This document shows, piece by piece, positions 13,963 through 23,570 of a DNA stretch of 64,000 nt. Origin of the DNA: an uncultured Chloroflexia bacterium (GTDB lineage Bacteria > Chloroflexota > Limnocylindria > Limnocylindrales > CSP1-4); contig CAWEYL010000006.1 in assembly GCA_963813335.1 (NCBI GenBank), forward strand, positions 1 to 64,000, given 5' to 3'. Below the pieces are notes generated by a model, which worked only from the letters and a program-made list of their open reading frames with translations, had not been told where the DNA came from and ran no database searches. The position numbers were made by a program, and so were the translations under genes. Position 1 is the stretch's first letter. Each line of letters starts with the position of its first letter.

Positions 13963-15081
13963 CTAGGCCGACGGCACCACCGAGGCGCTCCCGGCATGGG
14001 GCACCGTGGCGTCGCGGAGCTCCATCGGAGCGAGCTCGCCGAGGCTCTCGGCAACCACGATCGCGTCGTCGCCCTCCTCGATGAGGAAGTCGACCGGCGG
14101 GTTGGTGAACGCCTGCCCGCCGCGGTTGACGGACAGGAGCGTCGCCCGGTGGTCCTCGCGGAGGCGGGCCGAGACCGCATCGACCGTCATGCCGCCGTAG
14201 TCCGACGGCAGCACGATCCGGTACAGCTCCGAGCCGATCCCACCGGACACGATGTCGGTGACCAGCGAGGTCAGCCCCGGATAGAGCGCCGACCGGGCAA
14301 GCAGGTGCGACGCCAGCTTGGAGCTCACGAGCAGCTCGTCGACCTCGGCACGGCGGAAGTGCATCTCGTGGCGAGGGTTGTTGACCTCCGAGACGACGCG
14401 GACGCCCGGGGCCGTGTGCTTGATCGCCATGATGGTCAGGATCGACTGCATGTCGGCCGCGTCGCTGCCGTCGATCGGGAACACGACGGCGACGGCGGCG
14501 TGCTCGAGGCCGGCACGGTCGAGATCCTCGGAGTTGGTGGCGTCGCCGCGGACGAAGTAGATCCCGGACCCGGCCGGGTTCTTGTCAGCATCGGTCAGGA
14601 CGACCACCTGCAGGTGATAGTCGTCGCCTTTCAGCTCCTCGATGAGGTCGCGCGCGGTCGAGTTCCAGCCGCACACGATGATGTGGTCCTTGAACCCGGA
14701 CGCACCCAAACCCTGGCCCTCCTTGAGCAGGAAATCGATGACCATCGCGACGAGGGCGCCGGTGATCATGCCGAGCATGGCGACCCCGAACAGGATCAGC
14801 AACCAGCCGACGATCCGGCCGGCCGGCGAGGTCACGTACGCCGAGTCGCCCTGGCCCAGGACGGTCGCGATCCCCCAGTTGAACGAGTCGAAGATGGACT
14901 CGAGGGTCCACGTCTTCTCGAACAGCGTGATGAAGATCGCGGCGACCAGCACGAACCCGACGATGCCCTCGGCGAGGGTCAGGAAGAAGCGCCGGTCGAG
15001 CGAACCCCCGACTCGCCGGATGTGCCACGCGACGCGCCGGATCAGCGGGCTGGCGAGCACGGGCATCGGGAGGCGAGCCAT
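13963..15081 (-). CDS. 2TM ion channel with RCK (TrkA-N/C) domains
   Basis: Two TM helices around pore segment WGIATVLGQGD; RCK motif HIIVCGWN, then GDAT. Confidence 0.8.
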   Translation of the reverse strand: MARLPMPVLASPLIRRVAWHIRRVGGSLDRRFFLTLAEGIVGFVLVAAIFITLFEKTWTLESIFDSFNWGIATVLGQGDSAYVTSPAGRIVGWLLILFGVAMLGMITGALVAMVIDFLLKEGQGLGASGFKDHIIVCGWNSTARDLIEELKGDDYHLQVVVLTDADKNPAGSGIYFVRGDATNSEDLDRAGLEHAAVAVVFPIDGSDAADMQSILTIMAIKHTAPGVRVVSEVNNPRHEMHFRRAEVDELLVSSKLASHLLARSALYPGLTSLVTDIVSGGIGSELYRIVLPSDYGGMTVDAVSARLREDHRATLLSVNRGGQAFTNPPVDFLIEEGDDAIVVAESLGELAPMELRDATVPHAGSASVVPSA

Positions 15082-15148
15082 CGCCCACGATCGTGCCACA
15101 GTCAGGACGTTCGGTCGCGGCGCCGACGGAGCCTGACCAGCACCGACC

Positions 15149-16894
15149 TTACGACGTCGTGTCCCGCTTGGCGTATGCCGCGATGACGTCCTCGATGAAC
15201 GGGTAGATCCCGTCGATCTCGGGCCGGAGGCCATACCTGACCGGGGCATCGACGAGGCCGGGCTCCAGTTCGCAGACGACGAACGTGGCGCCCCGCTTCT
15301 TGATCTCCGACGCGACCTGACGTATCGCTCCGGCACCCGAGTAGTCGATGTCACCGATCGACGCAGCGGACAGGCAGAACCACTCGATCTTCGGATCGGC
15401 CTCGTCCAGGATCTGCAGGACTTCTGCCGTGAACCGGGTCGCATTGGCGTAGTAGAGGCCCGCGGCGAAGCGATAGACCACGAGACCCGGTGCCGCCTGG
15501 ATGATCGCGCCGCTGGCGACTGGCGTCGCTTCGAGACGGCCCCCCGGGGTGATCGAGACGGTCGTGTCGAACGGCCGATACGCGTGCGACAGGTGTTCGA
15601 TGACCGACAGGACGATGGCCAGGATGATGGCCTGCTCGATGCCGACGACGACGACCGTCGCGGCGGTCAGGGCCGCCACGACGAACTCGCCGCCGCGGAC
15701 CCGAGCGACGCTCTGCATCCCGGCGATGTCGATGAGGCGGAGGCCGATCATCAGCACGACGGCGGCCAGGACCGCGTTCGGCATGTACGCCAGGGCTCCG
15801 GTCAGGAAGAGCAGGACCAGGACCGCGATGAGCCCGGCCGTCACCTGGGCGATCTGGCTCTTGCCGCCAGCACCGTCCACCATCTCGGTCTTGGTCGGGC
15901 TGCCGTTGACCACGAACGTGCCCGAGATCCCGGCGCCGATGTTGGCGAGGCCAAGGCCGATCAAGTCCACGTTCTCGTCGAAGCTGTCGTCGTACTTTGC
16001 CGCGTACGCGCGCGATGTGGCGGCGCTCTGCGCGAGGATGATGATGAAGCAGGAGAAGACCGTGGGCAGCAGGGCGGAGACGTTCGTCGTGGTGATGACG
16101 CCTTGTGGCAAGCCGATCGGCGGCAACCCGGCCGCGACCGACCCAAGCACCGTCGCCGAGGCCGGCAGGAATCCCAGCTTGCTGATCACGATCATCCCGA
16201 CGACCGCGATGAGTGCACCCGGGATCTTCCTGTCGATCCTCTCCGAGCCCAGGATGATCGACCAGACGGCGACCGCCACGAGGATCGTGGGCAGACAGTC
16301 CTGGGCCATCGTGCCGTCCTGGATGGTCGCGCCGAAGTTCTTCAGGGTCGTCGCGAACTTCTCCAGCGTCGTTCCACTGCCTTCGCTCACGCCGAGGACG
16401 CCGTGCAGCTGGCCCATGGCGACCTGGATACCGACCCCCGTGAGGAACCCGATCAGCACGCTGCGCGACAGGAAGTTGGCGATGAAGCCGAGTCGCAGGG
16501 CGCGCGCGGCGACGAGCACGAACGCCACCATCAGGGCGGCGAGGCTGGCCATCGCGACCCACTCGGTGGAGCCCGACGTGAGCCCGAGACCGGCCAGGCC
16601 GGCGAACAGGACGACGGCAGTGGCGGAGTCCGCCCCGACGACGAGGTGACGGGACGAGCCGAAGAGGGCGAACAGGAAGATGGGGATCACCATCGTGTAG
16701 AGCCCGGTGACCGGGGGCATGCCCGCCATGTTGGCGTAGCCCATCGTCTCCGGGATGGCCAGGGCCGCGAGTGTCGCGCCGGCGATCATGTCCGAGGGGA
16801 CACGTGCAGGATCGATCGGGAGGAGCCCCGCGAGGATCGGGAGCGGGCTCCCGCCAGCCTTGGACTTGCCCGGTTTCGGCGCCGCGCTGGCCAC
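15149..16894 (-). CDS. SulP family anion transporter with STAS domain
   Basis: DMIAGATLAALAIPETMGYA, LFGSSRHLVVG; STAS motifs GLYYANA and DIDYSG. Confidence 0.9.
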   Translation of the reverse strand: MASAAPKPGKSKAGGSPLPILAGLLPIDPARVPSDMIAGATLAALAIPETMGYANMAGMPPVTGLYTMVIPIFLFALFGSSRHLVVGADSATAVVLFAGLAGLGLTSGSTEWVAMASLAALMVAFVLVAARALRLGFIANFLSRSVLIGFLTGVGIQVAMGQLHGVLGVSEGSGTTLEKFATTLKNFGATIQDGTMAQDCLPTILVAVAVWSIILGSERIDRKIPGALIAVVGMIVISKLGFLPASATVLGSVAAGLPPIGLPQGVITTTNVSALLPTVFSCFIIILAQSAATSRAYAAKYDDSFDENVDLIGLGLANIGAGISGTFVVNGSPTKTEMVDGAGGKSQIAQVTAGLIAVLVLLFLTGALAYMPNAVLAAVVLMIGLRLIDIAGMQSVARVRGGEFVVAALTAATVVVVGIEQAIILAIVLSVIEHLSHAYRPFDTTVSITPGGRLEATPVASGAIIQAAPGLVVYRFAAGLYYANATRFTAEVLQILDEADPKIEWFCLSAASIGDIDYSGAGAIRQVASEIKKRGATFVVCELEPGLVDAPVRYGLRPEIDGIYPFIEDVIAAYAKRDTTS

Positions 16895-17034
16895 ATCGCC
16901 CTCCGAAGTCGAGGCTGACGGTGGGATCCCGGCCAGATCGTCGTCGCACCCGCGAGAGAGGCACTATAGCCACGAGCCGTGCGCTGGGGCGCCCCTACCG
17001 GACGTGAAGCGGATGGCGCCGAGGCGGGAGACCG

Positions 17035-18423
17035 ATGGCCGAACCGACGAACAAGCCCGACACGGGGCCAGGGTCCGCGACCGCCCGTCCGACACGCGAC
17101 ACGCTTCGGGCGGCGGGTGAGGCGGCGCGACAGCCTGCCCCGCTTGCATCCATGGGCACCTGGCGAGCGGCCGCGGACCGGCCGGACCCGATCGCCCTCC
17201 TGATCGAGCAGGGCGTCAGCCGGGTCCAGGAACTGGTCCCGGTCCGCTACGGGCGGATGAGCCTGTCGCCATTCTCGTTCTATCGCGGGGCCGCCCTGCC
17301 GATGGCAGCGGACCTTGCTCCCCGTCCGAGGACCGGGATCCGGGTCCAGCTGTGCGGCGATGCCCATCTGTCGAACTTCGGGCTCTTCGCCTCGCCGGAA
17401 CGCGAGGAACTGTTCGACATCGACGACTTCGACGAGACCCTCCACGGGCCGTTCGAGTGGGACCTCCAGCGCCTGGCCGCCAGCTTGATCGTCGCCGGGC
17501 GATCGCGTGGGTTCGCGGCCCACGACAGCCGGCACGCGGTCCATCGCGCGATCCGCTCCTATCGCGAGCGGATGATCGAGTACGCCGCCATGCGCGCGAT
17601 CGACGTCTACTACTCGTCCGTGCCGGTCGCGAGCATCATGACTTTCGTCAGCAAGCGCGCGCGGCCGATGATCGAGACGGCGATGCGGTCGGCCGCCCAC
17701 CATGACGCACTCCATGAGCTGCCCAAGCTCACGGAGGTCGTCGGCGGGGGTCGGCGGATCATCGACCACCCGCCGGTGATCGTGCACCGACCCGACGTCA
17801 CGAACCCGCTCGTCGAGTCCGTGATGGCCAGCTACCGAGCATCGATGCAGGAGGATCGGCTCGTCCTGCTCGACCGCTACGAGATCGTGGACTACGCCAT
17901 GAAGGTCGTCGGTGTCGGGAGCGTCGGCCTCTTCGCGGGGGTGGTGCTGCTCGATGCGGGCTCGGGCGGCGACCCCCTGTTCCTGCAGGTCAAGGAGGCA
18001 CAGGCATCGGTCCTGGAGCGGTTCCTCGGCCCCAGCGGCCAGCCGAGCCACGGAGCCCGGGTGGTCGCCGGCCAACGCCGCCTGCAAGCGGCGAGCGACG
18101 TCCTGCTCGGGTGGGCGGTCGGACCGCAGGGCCACCACTGGTATGTCCGCCAGCTGCAGGACCAGAAGGCCAGCGCCGTCGTCGAGGCGATGACGGTGGA
18201 GGATCTGATCGCCTGGGGTGAACTGTGCGGCTGGGCGCTCGCCCGCGGCCACGCCAGGTCCGGCGAACCGTCCACGATCGCCGGTTACCTCGGCACGGAC
18301 GACGCCTTCGACCGCGCGATGGGCACCTTCGCCGAGGCGTACGCGGACCAGACTGAACGCGACTTCGACGCGTTCACCGCGGCCATCAGCTCCGGCCGGA
18401 TCGCGGCTGAAACGGGCGTCTAG
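17035..18423 (+). CDS. DUF2252 family protein (kinase-like fold)
   Basis: RYGRMSLSPFSFYRG, CGDAHLSNFG, FDIDDFDE, KVVGVGSVG, LARGHARSG. Confidence 0.9.
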   Translation: MAEPTNKPDTGPGSATARPTRDTLRAAGEAARQPAPLASMGTWRAAADRPDPIALLIEQGVSRVQELVPVRYGRMSLSPFSFYRGAALPMAADLAPRPRTGIRVQLCGDAHLSNFGLFASPEREELFDIDDFDETLHGPFEWDLQRLAASLIVAGRSRGFAAHDSRHAVHRAIRSYRERMIEYAAMRAIDVYYSSVPVASIMTFVSKRARPMIETAMRSAAHHDALHELPKLTEVVGGGRRIIDHPPVIVHRPDVTNPLVESVMASYRASMQEDRLVLLDRYEIVDYAMKVVGVGSVGLFAGVVLLDAGSGGDPLFLQVKEAQASVLERFLGPSGQPSHGARVVAGQRRLQAASDVLLGWAVGPQGHHWYVRQLQDQKASAVVEAMTVEDLIAWGELCGWALARGHARSGEPSTIAGYLGTDDAFDRAMGTFAEAYADQTERDFDAFTAAISSGRIAAETGV

Positions 18424-18429
18424 GTCCGG

Positions 18430-18618
18430 TCAGGCCAGCGCGATCCGGATGCGCTTGTTGATGCGCCCCTTGGACTCGTAGCCGGTCACCCGGATCGCGC
18501 CCACCTCGCGGGTGTTGGCGACGTGGGTCCCGCCGTCGGCCTGGAGGTCCAGGCCGACGATCTCGATCGTGCGGATCTCCTCGATGCCTTCGGGGAGCAG
18601 GTTGACCTTGGTCCGGAT
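18430..18618 (-). pseudogene. alaX: Displaced native 3' end of the alanyl-tRNA editing gene (alaX)
   Basis: Translates IRTKVNLLPEGIEEIRTIEIVGLDLQADGGTHVANTREVGAIRVTGYESKGRINKRIRIALA* (62 aa), homologous to the C-terminus of ORF 28687-29436. Host-like GC3 codons and no start codon. Confidence 0.93.
18599..18618 (+). repeat. Left attachment site (direct repeat)
   Basis: AGGTTGACCTTGGTCCGGAT, 19/20 identical to 28865-28884; identical core GTCCGGAT at 18611-18618. Confidence 0.88.
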
Positions 18619-18750
18619 GATCCTGTCCCTTATCGCTTAGCAAACGCGGGATCACGCACGACCCCAGTTTGCTACGTTCACGGTGTTATGTCAGGGAATC
18701 CCGCACGACACAGCGGCAATGTCGGCTCGCCGTGACTCCGCCACTGTCGG

Positions 18751-19746
18751 TCAGGGGAGCTTCGCGATCGCAGCCTCGACAGCATCTGCCTCTCCCGCCA
18801 CGTGCACCACGAGAGCGTCACGTGACCAGAAGGCGACGGTGAACTCGTGACCTGACGCCCACTTGACAGTGCGTCCCGCAATCTCCCGCTGCTGCCACTT
18901 CCCCCGCGACGGCAGGTAGATGGCTGTACCAAACTCCGCGTCGAGGCGCTCCGCAGTGACCCCCGGCACGCCGTAGAGGCTGACGGTGAGCACGCCTGGT
19001 CCAGTTCCCCCCATCGCCGTCACGACTACGGCGTCGCGCGGTCGCGTGTCCAGCCGCTTGAGCGCCCTGTTGACGAGCGATGACCCCCAATGCGTCGCGC
19101 TAACCGAGGACACATCCATTGGTGGCGACGTGAGATCAGTCGGGATGAGCGCCTCAAGGTCCGGCGCCTCGTGCGGCATCTGCTCAGGCGTGGGCGGCCG
19201 TCCGACGGTGGCGCCGAGCTCTGCGGCGATCTCCGCCGTGACGCGTTCGATCTCCTCGAGCGACATCTCACGTGGTGGTGCGAACGAGGCGTTCGCTTGC
19301 CACGGGGTCGGTTCGTCGCTCTCGGGCTCGGGCGGTGGCTTCGGGCGTCCATCCGCTACCCAGTCTGCGTACAAGCGGTCCAGCGCTGGAGCGATCCGCG
19401 CGTAGCTGGCGGGATCGTCACCGACCGAATAGTCGGGTTCGTCGGCGAACACTCTGCCGTACTCGTCCACGTACGCGGAGTACCGCGCATCGCTGAACGC
19501 GCGCCCCTCAGCGTTCATGTCGGCTGGGAGGAGTTTCGTATCGATGTCGTCGGCGAGGTCTGACCCCGTCATCTCGCCTTGCTTCACGGCGACAACGTGA
19601 GACGCCGGAAACACCTTCGGGTTGTGGAGGTCGTGTCGGATGATCCATGCCAGGTAGAACCCGATGTGAGTGAACGCGTTCTCCGGTGGCTGACCCGCCG
19701 CAATGGCGCTGTCGAAGTGCCAGTCGAGTCTGTCGTATGTAGCCAT
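18751..19746 (-). CDS. Cargo protein: DUF7832-like N-terminal domain fused to a host lipoprotein-like C-terminal domain
   Basis: N-term YDRLDWH...THIGFYLAW...MNAEGRAF; Pro-rich linker; C-term DLEALIP...EIAGRTV...IAKLP resembles the 63517-64000 protein. Confidence 0.7.
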   Translation of the reverse strand: MATYDRLDWHFDSAIAAGQPPENAFTHIGFYLAWIIRHDLHNPKVFPASHVVAVKQGEMTGSDLADDIDTKLLPADMNAEGRAFSDARYSAYVDEYGRVFADEPDYSVGDDPASYARIAPALDRLYADWVADGRPKPPPEPESDEPTPWQANASFAPPREMSLEEIERVTAEIAAELGATVGRPPTPEQMPHEAPDLEALIPTDLTSPPMDVSSVSATHWGSSLVNRALKRLDTRPRDAVVVTAMGGTGPGVLTVSLYGVPGVTAERLDAEFGTAIYLPSRGKWQQREIAGRTVKWASGHEFTVAFWSRDALVVHVAGEADAVEAAIAKLP

Positions 19747-19849
19747 GGACGGGCGACCCCCTCGCGTGCGTTCCCAAGCTGGGCCCTTTGATATGCGTCA
19801 CGGAGAGCGTAGACCCACAGGCGGACGCCGCGAGCAGTGGTGGAGCCAC

Positions 19850-21019
19850 TCAGCGACGGAGAGCGTCGGGTCGCTCGAACGGTGAGCGGTAGGCGAGGCC
19901 CGTCGACAACTCGTGGCTGCTGTTGTGCAGCTTCACGAGGCGTTCGAGCGGGTTCCGGTAGTAGTGAACACGCGTCGGCCTGATCTTCGCCGGGTTGCGC
20001 CGAGGCGCTCCCCACTTCAACCGCGCATCACCGGGCGGCGTGTGGACGGTGTCGATGCGATCGAAGTCCTCGGGAGCGCCCGACAGGAACCAGAAGTAGG
20101 ACGACGCCTCCTGCGCCTCGCGGACTTCCGACATGACCACATCCCAGTCCCTGAGGATGAGGCGAGGAGGCCGTCGCGCCATCCTGCCGTAGACCTCGAC
20201 CTCGGCGGCGGCCATCGCGATGACGTACAGGAGCACCAGCTCGCTCGCGTAGTGGTCGAACATACCCATTCGATCAGGGGTGTTGCCGCCGAAGATCGCC
20301 TCGTAGCCACGCTTCGACGGATGCGCGTATCCGCTCAGGAACCCGTAGTGCACGTCCACCTGAATGTGCTTCCCGATCAGCAGTCCGTTCACGCGCAGCG
20401 CCTTCATGACCGCCGAGCGCCGGAACAGGTGGTTCCATGCCAGCGTCTGCTCGTCCGCCAGCTGCAGCATTAGCTTCTTCTCCCAGAACGGCGCAGCGAG
20501 CCGTCCGGCGTGCCACTTCGGTCCCAGGAATGGGTCGAACCGATCGACCTCGAAGTAGTAGTTCGAGATCGTCTGACCGCGGCCCTTCTTCGACTTGTCG
20601 CTGTGGAGTCCTCGGCGGACGACGTTCAGGTGGTGTTCGCGATCCCAGAACCAGCTATGGATGTCGGACCCGTCCTTCGCCTTCGCCGCTCGAAGGTCCG
20701 CATCCCACCTCGCGGCCTCCTTCTCCTTGGCATTCGAGTAGACGACGATGTAGCGGTTCGCGAGCAGGATCAGGCGATCCATCAGGTGGTGTTCGAGCGC
20801 GGCGCGGATGACGACGAGCGCGCTCGGGTAGTACCGGGCCTCGCTCAGAAGCAGCGCCGCGCGAAGATGGTGGGCGAGTTGCCCGGTGCGCTTCGCGTGC
20901 TCCATGTGCTGCATGTGCGCCACGCCGCCTGAACTGCCACGGCTCCCGATCGTTTCGAGGAGCCTCAGCATCCGCTCCGCGTGGGCAGGCAGCGTGCCGT
21001 GATCGTCCGTTGCGGTCAT
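19850..21019 (-). CDS. Cargo protein, DUF5677/HEPN-like (putative defence)
   Basis: Long ORF with IRAALEH and YGFLSGYAHPS motifs. Start uncertain (ORF open to 21133). Confidence 0.6.
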   Translation of the reverse strand: MTATDDHGTLPAHAERMLRLLETIGSRGSSGGVAHMQHMEHAKRTGQLAHHLRAALLLSEARYYPSALVVIRAALEHHLMDRLILLANRYIVVYSNAKEKEAARWDADLRAAKAKDGSDIHSWFWDREHHLNVVRRGLHSDKSKKGRGQTISNYYFEVDRFDPFLGPKWHAGRLAAPFWEKKLMLQLADEQTLAWNHLFRRSAVMKALRVNGLLIGKHIQVDVHYGFLSGYAHPSKRGYEAIFGGNTPDRMGMFDHYASELVLLYVIAMAAAEVEVYGRMARRPPRLILRDWDVVMSEVREAQEASSYFWFLSGAPEDFDRIDTVHTPPGDARLKWGAPRRNPAKIRPTRVHYYRNPLERLVKLHNSSHELSTGLAYRSPFERPDALRR

Positions 21020-21280
21020 CGGCACCGATGGTAGGCCGCCATCGGTTGCCGAGTTTCCGAAGATCGGTGGGACGGCCCTGGGACGAGCGCGGTCGCTGAG
21101 GCGGCTGGCAAGGACGACGAGCGACGATCGCACGCGATCCGACCACAGACAGGGGCGCGTCAGAGCGACCGCCTAATCCGCGTTGTTTTGGACAGGACAT
21201 GAAGGGCGCGCAGGCAGACGACAGCCCACGCGCCCCATTGCCCGATCCGTGCGCGCCCGGCTGACGCGCGGTGGGCGTGT

Positions 21281-22165
21281 CTAGTCGGTTGCCGTGGGCA
21301 ACTCGATGCCGAGTTCCTGCGCGAGGACCGGTGCCTCGCGCTGCCGCTGGTAGTCGGCCATCTTCACGACGTTGGAGGCGCGGATCTGCTCAACCGGCGT
21401 TCCGATCTTGTGGGCGACGCGAGACGCAGCGATGTCTCGCCGCGACAGTTCGAGTTCGTCCTGCGCCATCACCTCGATCTCGACCGCCTGCCGTCGATGA
21501 GGCACCGTCTTGTCGAGGTGGTGAGCGATCTCGCGATCGAGGTTGCCGTCGTCAGCGCCGACCTTCCTCGCTGCCGCGAGGTACTTCTGCGCGGCGTCGA
21601 GGTTGCCTGCCTGGAGCAGGCGCCGTGCCTCAGGGAGGAGGATGTTCCGCGCCTGCGCCCGCGATGGGTACTGCTCGGCGAGCGCGTTCGCCTCCATCTG
21701 CTCGCGGAGGCGGCGCATCTCGACCGCCGGATCGCCGACAGGATCGGACGCGCGCAGACGCGCTGCCTCCGTCCGCTGCCCGTGGTGCCACAGGAGCATC
21801 TCGCGCGAGTGACTCGTTTCGAGCGCGGCCAACTCCTTGAGGATCGCTGCGCCCTCGCGCTGGCGGTACTCGATGGGGTACCGATCTGACTGCGACTCGC
21901 TGTACCTCGCAGCGATCGCCGCGTACTGCTCGCGGAACGTCTTGCGCAGCGTTCGTGCCTTGTCTCTGCTCACCTTGACCTCCTGTTCTTGCTTGACTGA
22001 CTGGGCGATGGGTCCTCGGCGTGCGCGCAGCACGCCAATCTCCTGCTGGATCGCCTCGCGACGTTCAGGGGACGCTGGCGGCGTGCCCCACGCCCCGTCG
22101 CGTTCGAGCGCGAGCAGCAGCAACTTGTGGTCGATCGCTTGCAGGCGATCACGCGGCGTGGGCAT
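21281..22165 (-). CDS. Hypothetical alpha-helical/coiled-coil protein (294 aa)
   Basis: TGATG overlap with the upstream nuclease gene; E/R/A/Q-rich helical sequence. Confidence 0.75.
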   Translation of the reverse strand: MPTPRDRLQAIDHKLLLLALERDGAWGTPPASPERREAIQQEIGVLRARRGPIAQSVKQEQEVKVSRDKARTLRKTFREQYAAIAARYSESQSDRYPIEYRQREGAAILKELAALETSHSREMLLWHHGQRTEAARLRASDPVGDPAVEMRRLREQMEANALAEQYPSRAQARNILLPEARRLLQAGNLDAAQKYLAAARKVGADDGNLDREIAHHLDKTVPHRRQAVEIEVMAQDELELSRRDIAASRVAHKIGTPVEQIRASNVVKMADYQRQREAPVLAQELGIELPTATD

Positions 22166-22812
22166 CAGTACGGGTCCGACGATGCATCGCGCGAGGTGAC
22201 GAGGACCCCTGACCGCGACAGGTAGCGCGACTGACCCGACCCGATCCGCCAGTAGGTCGCGAGCATGAGCGCGACGATCAGGTCATCGTGGTCGCGACCG
22301 TCGCGCAGCGCCTCGTACGTGTCCGCGCCGCTCTGCGAGAACTTGGCGCGGAACGAGGCGTGCTGCTTCGCGATTTCCTTCCGCAGCGGAGTGTCGCGGA
22401 CGGCGATCTGACCGCTGCTCAACTTCGCCTCGTACTTGCCGACGAGGTTCCGCTTCGCGAGGTGCCCGCCGTTGTCGAGGATGCCCGCGGTCAGGATGAT
22501 CGGCTGCGCCCACAGCCTCAGACGACCGTCCCGTTTGGCCTGGCGGAACATGTCCTCGTAGACGGCACCGACCCCTGTCGCGTCGAACAGGAGGCGCGCG
22601 TCTTCGAGGCCTTCCCTCCCCATGACCGCGAGGGTGTCCGTCACGACCGACGTGTGCGGCGTGCCCAGTGCCCACTGCTGGGCGTAGGCGACGTCCCACC
22701 GCCATCGGTCGTGGTCCTGTGGGGCGTCCCTCGCGAGCATGATCCGCTCGACGATCACGAGCGCCGCCGGGTCCTGACGCTGACCCGGATCGAGGGCAAC
22801 AACAAGGTTCAT
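22165..22812 (-). CDS. Terminase large subunit nuclease (RNase H-like) domain as a stand-alone gene
   Basis: VVALDPGQRQDPAALVIV, FDATGVG, HDDLIVALMLA (acidic triad); own RBS GAGGAGGT and ATGA overlap. Confidence 0.82.
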   Translation of the reverse strand: MNLVVALDPGQRQDPAALVIVERIMLARDAPQDHDRWRWDVAYAQQWALGTPHTSVVTDTLAVMGREGLEDARLLFDATGVGAVYEDMFRQAKRDGRLRLWAQPIILTAGILDNGGHLAKRNLVGKYEAKLSSGQIAVRDTPLRKEIAKQHASFRAKFSQSGADTYEALRDGRDHDDLIVALMLATYWRIGSGQSRYLSRSGVLVTSRDASSDPY

Positions 22813-23570
22813 CTGGCCACCTCCTCAAAGAGGCCCGGCATGCCCTCGCCTTGCGCGAGCATCCGAGCGATGTCGTCTGGGCGGAAGATCGCGTCCGACG
22901 TGGACACGAACGCGCACTCGTACTCCTGCTGGTAGACCCACGACCCCAGCGACCGACGCTCCTCCTCGAGGAAGTCCGCGGAGATGCGCGGCACAGCGGA
23001 CGCCGGAACCTCGTACCGCTCCCACCCAGGACCGCCGTTCGCCCACGCGTCCCACCACCAACCGCGCTGACCGAACGGCGTGCTCAGGGCGATCAGGCGC
23101 CCGCCCGTGACCGCGAGCATCGGACGCACGGCGGCGTACATGTCGTCATCGATCCGCGATGCCTCGTCGAGGATCAGGAGGTCTGCCGAGAACCCGCGCA
23201 CCGTGCTCTCGGACGCCGGCAGCGAGATCACGCGCGACCCGTTCTCCGCTGTGAGGGTCGTCTGGTTGTCGCCTGTCTTGACGAGCGCGAGTTCCTTCCA
23301 CAGGTGGCGGACCTTGCCTGCGACCTCGCTCGACTGGCGCAGGCCCGCGGACACGATCAGGACGACGGAGTCAGGGACGCTGCTCGCCTGATGGACAGCG
23401 GCGACCGCTGCCGTCGTGCTCTTGCCGCTCTGGCGGCAGCAGTTCCACAACTGGCGCGGATGCCGCGACCGGAGCGCGCCGCGCTGCCAGTCGTCCGGCG
23501 TCATGCCGATCGACGAGCACAACTCGACTGGATCGAGCGCGCGGAGCAGATCGCGCGCGAGGGAGGTCAT
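22809..23570 (-). CDS. Terminase large subunit ATPase domain (Terminase_6-like) as a stand-alone gene
   Basis: Q-motif PDDWQ, Walker A CCRQSGKST, Walker B LLILDEASR, motif III ALSTP, and QEYECAF. Confidence 0.9.
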   Translation of the reverse strand: MTSLARDLLRALDPVELCSSIGMTPDDWQRGALRSRHPRQLWNCCRQSGKSTTAAVAAVHQASSVPDSVVLIVSAGLRQSSEVAGKVRHLWKELALVKTGDNQTTLTAENGSRVISLPASESTVRGFSADLLILDEASRIDDDMYAAVRPMLAVTGGRLIALSTPFGQRGWWWDAWANGGPGWERYEVPASAVPRISADFLEEERRSLGSWVYQQEYECAFVSTSDAIFRPDDIARMLAQGEGMPGLFEEVAR

